Translations under genes and position numbers: made by a program | DNA from: Gracilinanus agilis | Lineage: Eukaryota | Assembly (NCBI RefSeq): GCF_016433145.1 | Contig: NC_058133.1 | Coordinates: 389,781,483-389,839,383, forward strand | Direction of reading: 5' to 3' | Length of the DNA: 57,901 nt | Notes under the pieces: model-generated | What the model saw: the letters and a program-made list of their open reading frames with translations, nothing else | Told to the model about the DNA's origin: nothing | Database searches by the model: none | Part shown: piece after piece, positions 11,318 through 21,597 of the stretch | Numbering within the stretch: the first letter of the stretch is position 1 | How the letters are laid out: each line of letters opens with the position of its first letter

Positions 11318-11690
11318 AGCCATAATATTAATACCTTCCTCCCAGGGTTGTTGTGAGGATCAAATGAGATAATAATTTACAAAGTTCTTAGCCCAGTGCC
11401 TAGCTCATGGTAAATTCTAAATAAATGTTGGCTATTATTATTATGATTTTTAACAAAATTAGTGCTATATTTTGTCAAAGGCTTTTTCTATATTAAGTGA
11501 TAATTAAACTAAAATTTAAAATTAATAAAAGAGCATCTTCAATGTATATAGCTCCTTTCCATGAAGATTTCTGAGAAGTGGTTCAATATGGGTCAATAAT
11601 AGTTATTGATATTTTAATTTTCTCAAACCATTTGAGATCCTCTCCTTTTAAATGTCTTCAGAATCAATTCCTTATAATTCTCAAAATTTT

Positions 11691-11868
11691 NNNNNNNNNN
11701 NNNNNNNNNNNNNNNNNNNNNNNNNNNNNNNNNNNNNNNNNNNNNNNNNNNNNNNNNNNNNNNNNNNNNNNNNNNNNNNNNNNNNNNNNNNNNNNNNNNN
11801 NNNNNNNNNNNNNNNNNNNNNNNNNNNNNNNNNNNNNNNNNNNNNNNNNNNNNNNNNNNNNNNNNNNN
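11691..11868. other. Assembly gap (178 N)
   Basis: Run of N. Confidence 1.
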
Positions 11869-13189
11869 AAACTGTTCTGTCTTCATAAGGGAAGACAGTA
11901 GTAGTATAGATGTAGCCAAGACTGAAAAAATGAAAGTATTTTTCAGTTGTCTAATAAGGAGAGGGGAATAAGGGGGCAGGGATATAGGGAGCTTAACTCT
12001 AGTGGTGCCCATTCTGAAAGAGTCTGTGGGGGATGGTGGGCAAGGGGAAATACCCATTTTCTTGATATATATTCTTGACATACATTCATCCTGAGAATAT
12101 ACCAGTTTGGTTCTCTCCAACCAGTACATATTCCATCTTCTAATTGGCCATTAATTTTTTTACTTTGGTGTAACAATTCAAAGATCTCACCAAGGAGCTT
12201 ACATTACCATGGGAAAAAATAATTACACAGTGAGTGATTTCACTGGAATCACAATGAATGTAATCAAAGGAAGCCCAAACAACTGAATTGAGTTAATGAA
12301 TGAAAGATATTAAGTCTTTCATCAGTTTGAGAGATCTAAAGTACTTTGATCATTGTATGAACACATATTTCATATAGGAATTTTTTAAGAGTTGAATGAA
12401 ATAATCAGATGTACCTCTGATCTAAGTATAATATTGCAAGCCACTGTAATTTGCACAGTCCATGAGCAATCAAATCTAGTCAAGTTTACATCCAGTGATG
12501 AAAAATTCCTGAGAGAAAGTTGTTCTGGAGGGTTGGGGAAGGAGGCAATAGAGTTTTGTCTGGGTCCAGAGGTCACTTGTGAAAGCTCATTAGGGCATGT
12601 TCTGCTGTTCTGCCTGGAAATTCAAACTCTGAAATTCTGGAGTGCCCTCTTGCCATTTTCAAATTCATAAGATTGAGGGAACCAATTCTTTTACTTAAAA
12701 TGGGAAAAAGAAATTTCAAACATCAAAGAACAAGGTTTTTATACAGAACCACAAGGTCTCAGAAGGAAAGATGTCCCAAGTCCTCTCTTTTTAGAGTACT
12801 GTCTCTCATTAGATATTTAGAGCAAAAGATTCACCATGAACCAACAAGATGGAAACTGAAGAGAATGACTCAAGGAGAGGAAACCAAAAGCTGACTAAGC
12901 CTTTTCAAAGACACTATAGTTCTGGCCATGCAGATAACAACAATTAACTTTTATGTATTATTTACAGTGGACCTGGCACTATTCTAAGAAGAGTCTTCCT
13001 AACCACGATTGACAGACAAGAGTCAGTTATATCTCTATAGTCTCTCCAACACACTTCTATTCTATGTCATCATAATTCTCCCAAATGCTAGCTCTTTATC
13101 TTCTCTGTTAGAGGAGATATGGTCCCAGGTGCTCTGCACATGTGTTCAACCTCTTTTATACTTTTTCTATTAGGATATCAAAATATAAA

Positions 13190-13690
13190 CAAATAACAAA
13201 CATTTAGGTACCTACTATGAACTAGGCACTGTACTAAGCATAGTTATACAAAGAAAAAAGAAAACTATAAAATAGTCTATGACCTCAAAGAGTCTACATT
13301 ACAATGGGGGGGTCAAAAAGTACATACATATCAGGGGAGCTTTCAACCCAACTCCAATGAAAGCAAACCAGAATTTCCAGGTAGCTAGATTGAATCAAGA
13401 AATCTTAATCAATCAAAGGTGTTCTCTAAATTCAAATAAGACCTTAATTTAGGAGAAATAAAGAATCAAAGGGGCCTTCCTTATTCTTCATCTTTCTTGA
13501 CCTTTTTTTCAGCCTTTGACACTATTATTAATCTCTCTTTTATAGTTTTTTGGTGAAATTATTCTCTTGATTCTCATCCTACCTCTCCAATTGCTCCTTG
13601 GCTGGTTCATCATTTATATTATGCCCATTTATAGTGGCTGTATCTCTTTTCTAAGTCTTTGTTCTGATTCCTTTTCTCTTTTCTTTCTAA
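13190..13690. mobile_element. L2 fragments (3' tail on - at 13190-13320; ORF2-derived on + at 13470-13690)
   Basis: CATTTAGGTACCTACTATGAACTAGGCACTGTACTAAGC..GACCTCAAAGAGTCTACATT is an antisense L2 tail. The downstream C/T-rich stretch is L2 ORF2-like. Confidence 0.55.
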
Positions 13691-14206
13691 ATTAGGAGTC
13701 CTTTTTTTATTTACCATTTTTATATCTAATATATTAAAATATATAACAATAATAATATATGTGATTTGTTATAACTATGTAATAAATTATGTTTATCCAA
13801 GAGAAACAAATTCTCACATTAGCTATGTCTAAAATTCCATATATCATTTTCCCTTTCCCTCCCATATTAACCAGATAATATGACATAGGCTGTACATATA
13901 TTATCATATATTTCCTTGTTTTTCATGTTTTGAGACAAGACATATTGCCTACAGCAGAGAAAAATTAGTGAAGGAAATAAAATGAAAAATGCTATGTTTC
14001 AATCTATATTTGGACTCCATATGTTCCTCCTATGGAAATGGATATAATTTTTTATCATGAGCCTCTTGATGTTGTCCTGCATCCTTGCCCTGTTGATAAT
14101 AGTTAAGTCATTTGAAATTGGTCATTATACATTAGTGTTGTTACTAAGTACAACTTTCTCCTGATTTTGCTCACTTCACTTTGTATTACTTCAGATAAGT
14201 CTTTTC

Positions 14207-14210
<4 letters not shown>

Positions 14211-14252
<42 letters not shown>
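14211..14252. repeat. (TG)21 microsatellite
   Basis: Read directly. Confidence 0.97.
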
Positions 14253-14253
<1 letters not shown>

Positions 14254-14395
14254 TCATCTTGTCTGTCATCTCTTATGGTACATAATATATCATTACAGTC
14301 ATATAATCCAAATTGTTCAGTCATTCTACAAATGATGGATATTATTTCATTTTCCAGTTCTTTGACACAACAAAAAGAGCTGCTCTAAATCTTTT

Positions 14396-14577
14396 TTTTT
14401 TAAAACCCTTAACTTCTGTGTATTGGTTCCTAGGTGGAAGAGTGGTAAGGGTGGGCAATGGGGGTCAAGTGACTTGCCCAGGGTCACACAGCTGGGAAGT
14501 ATCTGAGGCCGGATTTGAACCTAGGACCTCCTGTCTCTAGATCTGACTCTCAATCCACTGAACTACCCAGCTGCCCC
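14396..14577 (-). mobile_element. Young opossum-type SINE1 nested in L1, with 13-bp TSD
   Basis: TSD CTCTAAATCTTTT at 14383-14395 and 14578-14590. Intact head GGGGCAGCTGGGTAG, B-box GGTTCAAATCC and A-tail. Confidence 0.88.
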
Positions 14578-15604
14578 CTCTAAATCTTTTAGAATATATA
14601 ATTTCTTTTCCTTTTTCCTCTATCACACTAGCAAATAAACCTAATATCAGTATTAGTGGGTCAAAAGGTATTTAACGTTTTATAACTTTTTGAGCATAAT
14701 TACAGATTGCTCCCCAAAATGATTGGATCAGTTTACAGTTTCACCAACAATGTATTAGTGTCCCTCTTTTCCACATCACCTCTAGCATTTGTCATTTTAC
14801 TCTTTTATTATCTTAGTAGATCTGATAAGTGTAAGAGGATATCTCAGACTTCCTTTGACTTGCATTTCTCTAATCAGTAATGATTTAGAGAATTTTTCAT
14901 GTAATTATATATAACTTTGATTTCCTCATCTAAAAACTATCTGTTCATATCTTTTAACCATTTATCAATTGGGAAATGGCTCATATTCTTACATTTAACA
15001 AAGGTTTCTATATATTTTAGATGAGACCTTTATCTGAGAAACTATTTATAAATTTGTTTTCTCAATTTGTTGCTTTCCTTCTATCCCTGACTAATTTCAT
15101 TTTACTTATACAAAACATTTTCAATTTAATGTGCTCAGAGATTATCCCTCTTACATTTCATAGTGCTTTCTATCTCATATATATTAATAAATTCTTTTCC
15201 TATTCATAAATCTGACAGGTAATATGTTCCCTATTCTAGTTTCTTTTTAATATCTCCCTTTATACTTATATTACATATCCATTTTGATTTTATATTGGTA
15301 AATGGTATAAGATATTTTTCTATATCTAATTTCTGCCAAACTTCTTTCCAATTTTCCAAGCAATTTTTACCAAATAGTGAATTCTTATTCCAAAACCTTG
15401 GATCTTTACCTTTGTGAGCACAAGTTACTACAATCTTTTACAACTGTTTGTTAGTTCTATTCTGGTCAACTGATCTATTTTTCTATTTCTTAGGCAGTAC
15501 TAGTAGTTTTGATAAATACTACTTTAGAATATAGTTTGAAATTTGATATTGTTAGACCTCCTTCCTTAACATTTTTTCATCATTTCCTTTGATATTCTTG
15601 ACCT

Positions 15605-15835
15605 GGATCTCAGAATATTTGAAGAGAGTAAGGTATAAGAAGACTGGAAATATTGAAAGGGCTATATTATGAAGGGCTTTAAGAACCAAGCAGAGAACTT
15701 TATGTTTGATCTTAAAAGTAACAAGAAGACACTGGAGTTTATGGAATTGTGGAGCTATATAATCAGACTGGGTATGTTCTTTAAGGATATCTCTTTAACA
15801 GATGAGTGGAGAATGAATTGGAGTGAAGTGTATTG
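15605..15835 (-). mobile_element. L2 fragment
   Basis: GAAGGGCTTTAAGAACCAAGCAGAGAACTTTATGTTTGATC..CACTGGAGTTTAT, antisense L2 ORF2-type. Confidence 0.6.
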
Positions 15836-16317
15836 GTCTCTAGCACTACCATTTCAGAGGAAGATCACACCAACAGATTAGGGGAAGAAAACTACTTTAA
15901 AAAAAAAAAAGGCAAAAAATAGGGTTGAAACATGAGAGAAAAGAGGGGAAAATATCCGAGGCATGGATATTTCTGAAATCTAATTTCCAAGATGAAAGGG
16001 TTAGGAGCAGAAAGACCTTAGAGGACATCTAGTCCAAACTTTCATTGATAGATAAGAACATGGAAGTGCAGAGTATTTAAGACACTTGACTGAATTGTTT
16101 TGCTGGGATTTGCACCCATGAATCTTACTGCAGCATCTCTTGCTATTTCCCCTTACTCCTATTATATTACAAGCCTGGCCTTCTGTCCTAAAAGCAAAAG
16201 AGTCAGAGCAGTCTCATTTCTAGTGGTTTACCTCCTAAATCTAGCTCCCTTTATGGAAAATTTTATGGACTCAAAGATTATCACAGAGATTTAAAAAACA
16301 AAATTATTCAAGGCTAC

Positions 16318-16475
16318 CAGAAAAAAATAGCTGAGTGATCCAGTGGACAGAGTGCTGAACTTGAGAAGCAGGAAGAACTGGATTTGATTCCTGCCTCACA
16401 CACTTTCAAGCTATGTGATTTCAGAAAAGTCATTTAGTCACCTTTTAGCCTCCATTTCCTCAAGTAGCATTAGGG
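16318..16475 (+). mobile_element. MIR-type SINE, 5' part
   Basis: CAGTGGACAGAGTGCTGAAC head; GCTATGTGA..AAGTCATTT..CCTCCATTTCCTC core. Confidence 0.6.
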
Positions 16476-17177
16476 TCAGATGGCAATGGTTTCTCCCCTG
16501 TCTGAGATCAGAGGAGAAACAGGCAAACTTGACTGGATGGGAGGGGCAGGAGCAAGTGGAGTACTTCTCCAACTTCCCCACACTGGAAGCAATTGGAAAC
16601 AGTTAACAGAATACTCTCAGAGCTGGTTATGGAGGCTATTCAAGCTTGGTAAATCCTGGGCCAAGATGATAAGTGGATAGAGATCAAACCCCTTGAGATA
16701 ATAACTTTCTTTGTATAAATTATTCTCTCACAGGTTAAAAATATATGAGTTTAAGGTCTTCTACAGATCAGACCATAGGTTCTAGGACAATGACAGCCCC
16801 AGCTCCAGCTTGGATGTAATACTTGGCTTGGTAAAAGGAAAGTGGTAAGTTTGACCCTAAGTTAACTGGATACAAAAGAACAAATGAATTTAATGATTTC
16901 AAGGAACAGGGAGAAGGATGTTTAAGGAAAGAGGTGGGAAATTAAACTGGCCAAAACAGCTAAATACAGGCTAGCAACACATTCCCCTGGGGTTGGGGGG
17001 ATGTATATTGAATGGCTGAACTCCTACCTAAGCCCCTAAATAATGTTCCTTCTATAACCTAAACAGCTAAACTGAAGGTAGACAATGATCTTGCTTGAAG
17101 GTCTATCTTGAGGATAGCTATCAAAGTAAAGCAGCCCCTGGCTGTCAGAGACTGAATGCCTCAGTCCCTGAAGCTAC

Positions 17178-17182
<5 letters not shown>

Positions 17183-17228
<46 letters not shown>
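17183..17228. repeat. (GT)23 microsatellite
   Basis: Read directly. Confidence 0.97.
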
Positions 17229-17230
<2 letters not shown>

Positions 17231-17709
17231 CAAGAACCAAGAGCCAAGAGTCAAGACCCTTGCAAGAGGGGTGACCTGGTTTTAATACCAGGACTCCAAC
17301 TGCCCTTAACTGCCCCCTCCCTTGGAGTTCTGGGGGACACTATGGAATTCTGTGATGCAGCTTGAACCCCTCTCAGAAACATGGATGTTACACTCATCTG
17401 TAAAATATTGATGATAATGGCATCTAGTTGTTGTGAAGATTAAAAGAAACAATACATGTAAAGCACCGAGCAAACAGTAAAGTGTTTCATAAATATTGGC
17501 TATTTTTTATTGAAAATATGTATAAGTACATAGAGAGTATAGATAGATAAAATTCCCAATAATATTATTAAATCAATAAATCAACTTATAAATGTATAAA
17601 AATATTCATTGACCACAAAAAATAGAAAATCACTTTCCTAAACATTCAAACAAGAATAGTACAAACTAATATTTCTGATGATGGCTGAAAAAAAGGTTAT
17701 TCTTTCAGT

Positions 17710-17850
17710 TCACACCTCACACTATAGGGATTCCATCTTGGAGATTTTCAGGGGATGGGATTTCTTTGGCTGACTTCCTAAATGCTCCCAGGGTGCTTTG
17801 GGCATTTACTGTTAACTGATACCATGGGAGACAGCACAGGAATAAAAGCT
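17710..17850 (+). promoter_or_regulatory. Putative promoter module of second TAAR7-like gene
   Basis: TCACACC (17710), TAGGGATTCCATCTT (17725), TTTGGCTGACTTCCT (17765), O/E-like CTCCCAGGG, GTGCTTTGGGCATT (17793), AATAAAAGCT (17841). Confidence 0.7.
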
Positions 17851-17913
17851 AACCTTTGCGCTGAGTGATCACATCACATTTCACTCCTTTTGAAAAAGAG
17901 AAGCTCCTCAGAG

Positions 17914-18180
17914 GTAAGAATCAGAGTCAAAGCAAAATTTTCTTAGATAAGCAGCTAAGGCATTTATACATATTCAGAGAAATTTTTGGTAGATTTATTG
18001 AAACTAATATTTGAATTGCTTTGAGATTAATTGCAAAAGTGTTTCTGAGTTACAGAGAATTCTGAATATGTATGAAAAGATTTGTAATTTATGGTATCGG
18101 TGGAAAAAGTTCATAATTTATTTAAAGATAGTAATTGGTAGATTTCTTAAGTCATTAATTCAATGCAACTTTATTTTAAG
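17914..18180 (+). other. Predicted 5'UTR intron (267 nt) of second TAAR7-like gene
   Basis: Strong donor CAGAG|GTAAGA. Acceptor CTTTATTTTAAG|GAGAG, with the same GAGAG exon start as the TAAR6 acceptor. Confidence 0.55.
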
Positions 18181-18255
18181 GAGAGAACTGGAGATTTCAA
18201 TGACTCCAAAACAAAAAAATTAATGATAATTCTGCAAAGTTCAGAGAGAAGAATC

Positions 18256-19320
18256 ATGAACAACAGCAATGGGTCCCAATCTACAATTGTGCAGCTTTGC
18301 TATGAGAATGTCAATGGATCCTGTTTTAAGACTCCCTATTCCTCTGGACCTCGAATGATCCTCTATGTGGCTTTTGGCTCTGGGGCTCTACTGGCTATCT
18401 TGGGAAACCTCCTGGTCATGATTTCAATCCTTCACTTCAGACAGCTGCACTCTCCAGCCAATTTTCTCATTGCCTCCTTGGCTTGTGCTGACTTTTTGGT
18501 GGGAGCCACTGTGATGCCCTTCAGCATGGTGAGGTCAGTGGAGAGTTGTTGGTACTTTGGAGAGAGTTACTGTAAACTTCACTCTTGTTTTGAAGGATCA
18601 TTTTGCTATTCTTCCATTTTTCACTTGTGTTTCATCTCCATTGATAGATACATTGCTGTCACTGACCCTCTGGTCTATCCAACCAAGTTCACTCTGAATG
18701 TTTCCCTGGTATGCATCACATTCTCATGGCTTCTTGCTATTGGTTATACCTTTTCACTTCTTTGTAGTGGTGTGAATGAGGATGGGCTGGAGGAATTAGT
18801 AAGTGCCCTCACCTGTGTGGGAGGCTGTCAGATAGCTTTGAATCAAACCTGGTCAATGATAAGTTTTCTACTGTTCTTCATCCCCACTCTGATTATGGTC
18901 ATTCTCTACTGTAAGATTTTTCTAGTAGCTAAAGAACAGGCTAGAAAGATTGAAAACACAAGTAGCAAAGGGGAATCTTCATCCTCAGTGAGTTACAAAG
19001 CCAGAGTATCCAAGAGAGAAAGAAAAGCAGCAAAAACACTGGGAATTGCAGTGATTGCATTTGTGATTTCATGGTTCCCTTACTTTATTGAAGTAATAAT
19101 TGATGCTTTCCTAGGGTTCATCACCCCAACATATATTTATGAAATTTTATTATGGTTTTCCTATTATAACTCAACCATGAACCCTCTGATTTATGCTTTC
19201 TTTTACCCTTGGTTTCGAAGAGCAATAAAATTGATTGCAACTGGGAAAGTCTTCAGAGGTCACACTTCAACAATAGATTTATTTTCTGAAAAGGTAAAGG
19301 TCTCAGATGAAACAAATTAA
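18256..19320 (+). CDS. TAAR7: Trace amine-associated receptor, TAAR7-like paralog B (354 aa from ATG 18256; alternative in-frame ATG at 18223)
   Basis: Intact 7-TM ORF with TAAR motifs and FEGSFCY in TM3; closest overall to 2617-3669. ATG 18163 of the ORF track falls in the predicted intron. Confidence 0.9.
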   Translation: MNNSNGSQSTIVQLCYENVNGSCFKTPYSSGPRMILYVAFGSGALLAILGNLLVMISILHFRQLHSPANFLIASLACADFLVGATVMPFSMVRSVESCWYFGESYCKLHSCFEGSFCYSSIFHLCFISIDRYIAVTDPLVYPTKFTLNVSLVCITFSWLLAIGYTFSLLCSGVNEDGLEELVSALTCVGGCQIALNQTWSMISFLLFFIPTLIMVILYCKIFLVAKEQARKIENTSSKGESSSSVSYKARVSKRERKAAKTLGIAVIAFVISWFPYFIEVIIDAFLGFITPTYIYEILLWFSYYNSTMNPLIYAFFYPWFRRAIKLIATGKVFRGHTSTIDLFSEKVKVSDETN

Positions 19321-19889
19321 AATTCATTGTAAAGAAATTTTTTATCAAGGAGTGAAAAAAAACTAAGGTATAGTACTTTTTAATATGTAAAAAAATGAAT
19401 TCAAATCTTTTATTTCAGTCCCAATGGAATTTGGCAAAATTCATGGCCAAGTACGATTACAAGAGAACAGTATTTACAGATTATTTTCCAAACTTCCTAC
19501 CAGTGCCAGTCCCTTTCTTATTCCATATTTATTACTACTTCTTAGTCCTGGGTTCCCTTGGTTCTTCTTTTGCCCTTTTATTTCATAACACTTTTCATTC
19601 TAATCCATTTCTTAGGTTAGCATTTCAAATGAAGCATAAAAGTCACCTGTTTTAATTTTTTTAAAACCTTTTCCATGTTTCTTTATATATCTATTTTTTA
19701 ATTTACCTGTGATGTATCTCCACCAGTCTCTGTTTCTGTCTCTCTGTCTCTGTCTCTCATTATCTCTTTCTCATTCTCTCCAGCCCATTCAATATCCACT
19801 CCATTCCAGATCCAGGAACTTCCTTTTTCCCCTATGATTTTAAAGACAAATAAAATATAATCCATACCTACAACAAATAATAAAAATAA

Positions 19890-20185
19890 TTTGCCACCTT
19901 TGCAAGGCTGTTCCCTATGCCTACAGTACTCTCTCTCCTTAACTTTATTTCTATTTCCTCAAAAAATTTTAAGGCTCACTTCAAGTTCCATCTCATCCAA
20001 AATTCCCCCCAATTCTTAGCCACTCTCCTCCATATTACTTTATATTCATTTTGTATATGTCCTTTATTTATTTCTATACGAACATGCTATATCTCCCAGG
20101 AGAAGATAAATTCTTTGAGATTAAGGACTGTCTCACTTTCCCCAGTACTTAGTATAGTACCTAGTATACAATAGGTGCTTAATAA
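19890..20185 (+). mobile_element. L2 3' end
   Basis: GGACTGTCTCACTTTCCCCAGTACTTAGTATAGTACCTAGTATACAATAGGTGCTTAATAAA tail. Confidence 0.7.
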
Positions 20186-21039
20186 AATATTTATCAGTTT
20201 ATTGCCTAACAAGGTAAGGAAATCACTCATACAGCTTTATTTCCATAGATGTCCTTTACTTTCTCTGTTTCCATATTTCTTGCAGAAATACCTAAGAGTA
20301 TCTTTGCCCAACCAAAAGGATTGTTTGGTTTATAAATTGCTTTTTTAGTCATTGCTGTGATTTCATTAACACTAAAAACAATGTCAAATTAACAATTAAA
20401 ACAGGTTCTAATTTGCTTTCACAACTATTTGATTATTCCATTAATATAGTAGACTTCTTCCCTAATCTAACTGGTCAAAATTTCCATTCATTTCATTCAA
20501 CACATTTCAGTTTGCTATTCCAATTAGTATACCAACATAATTAAGCTTCTGCAAAAAACAAAACAAAACAAAACATTTAAAGCACTAAGAATGACGAACT
20601 TTTTTTACTACCTCATATATTTAGAAGTTCAATGGAATTTTACTTTTGTTTCTAAGTAAAAATTAAATAAAGCCAAGTTGTAGATGTACTTCTCTTTAAG
20701 ATGCACTCCAATAAAGATCTTAAAAACACTGGAAAGTTTTACTAGTTTTTTTGTCCATTTCAGAGCACACCGGGTACTTTAGGAAACCTGATTCTCTTTG
20801 TTTTGTAATTCATGAAAATGAACCTAATAAACGTGTATGTCAAAATGTGAGGCAAATTTTGTCTTGCCTGTAATTTGATACACATGTAATCTTAGCCTTG
20901 GAACTTTGGGAGCCAGATACAACTTCTGAGGTACAATTTGTCATCAGTCTATCTCAGTTATTGTACTAAGCCTTCTTAATCCTGGTTCTAAGGATTTGCC
21001 AGCTATGTGTTTTTCAATAACACCTGTGGGCTCGCAGGA

Positions 21040-21290
21040 AGCTGAGGCAGGTAGGTGGCACAGTAAATGGAACTCTGGACCTGAAATAAGGAAGACCTGA
21101 GTTCAAACCCAGTCCAAGACACTTACCTCTATGACTGGGGAAGTAATTTAACTTTTGCCTCAGTTTTCTCATCTATAAAATGGAGATACTAATAATATCT
21201 ACCTATCAGCATTGTGGTAAAGATCAAATGAGAGAATATTTACAAAGCGTTTTGCAAAACTTAAAATATAAATGCTAGTCATTATTATTT
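21040..21290 (+). mobile_element. MIR-type SINE
   Basis: Head, GAGTTCAAA B-box, CCTCAGTTTTCTCATCTATAAAATGG core and tail. Confidence 0.8.
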
Positions 21291-21339
21291 AAGCTTTTAC
21301 TAGATCATTTCATTTGTATGAGTGAACCGGGAAAGTTTT

Positions 21340-21597
21340 GAAATTTTTAGTTTTCATACCTTTTGCTTTATTTATGGTTTCATGTTGGTACTTTGGTTTT
21401 ATATGAGTATTCTCTTACAACATTGGCCAATATGGAAGCATATTCTGCATGATAATACATGTATTACCCAGTTAAAATTACTTACCATCTCTGAGAGGGG
21501 GGAGAGAAGGGAGGAAGGGAAACAATTTGGAACTCATAATTTTGGAAAACATGTTGAAAATTATTACTATATAATTGGGAAAATAAAATATAAAAGT
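21340..21597 (+). mobile_element. L1 3'UTR fragment
   Basis: GCATGATAATACATGTATTACCCAG..GAGAGGGGGGAGAGAAGGGAGG..GGGAAAATAAAAT. Confidence 0.65.

Larger units (their letters stand above)
13700..15605 (-). mobile_element. 5'-truncated L1 (3' portion), interrupted by (TG)21 and a SINE
   Basis: T-rich antisense ORF2/3'UTR motifs such as TTGCATTTCTCTAATCAG and GATTTCCTCATCTAAAAAC; similar to 42285-43640. Confidence 0.8.

Noticed and set aside
11578-12176. ORFs spanning or next to the gap, including a faintly env-like peptide at 11943-12176
   Set aside because: Lengths are inflated by N runs and there is no recognisable domain motif. The same applies to ORFs at 30943-31231 and 41045-41877.
18163-18222. 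385-aa version of paralog B from ATG 18163
   Set aside because: This ATG lies upstream of the predicted acceptor at 18180, and the extension has no TAAR similarity.
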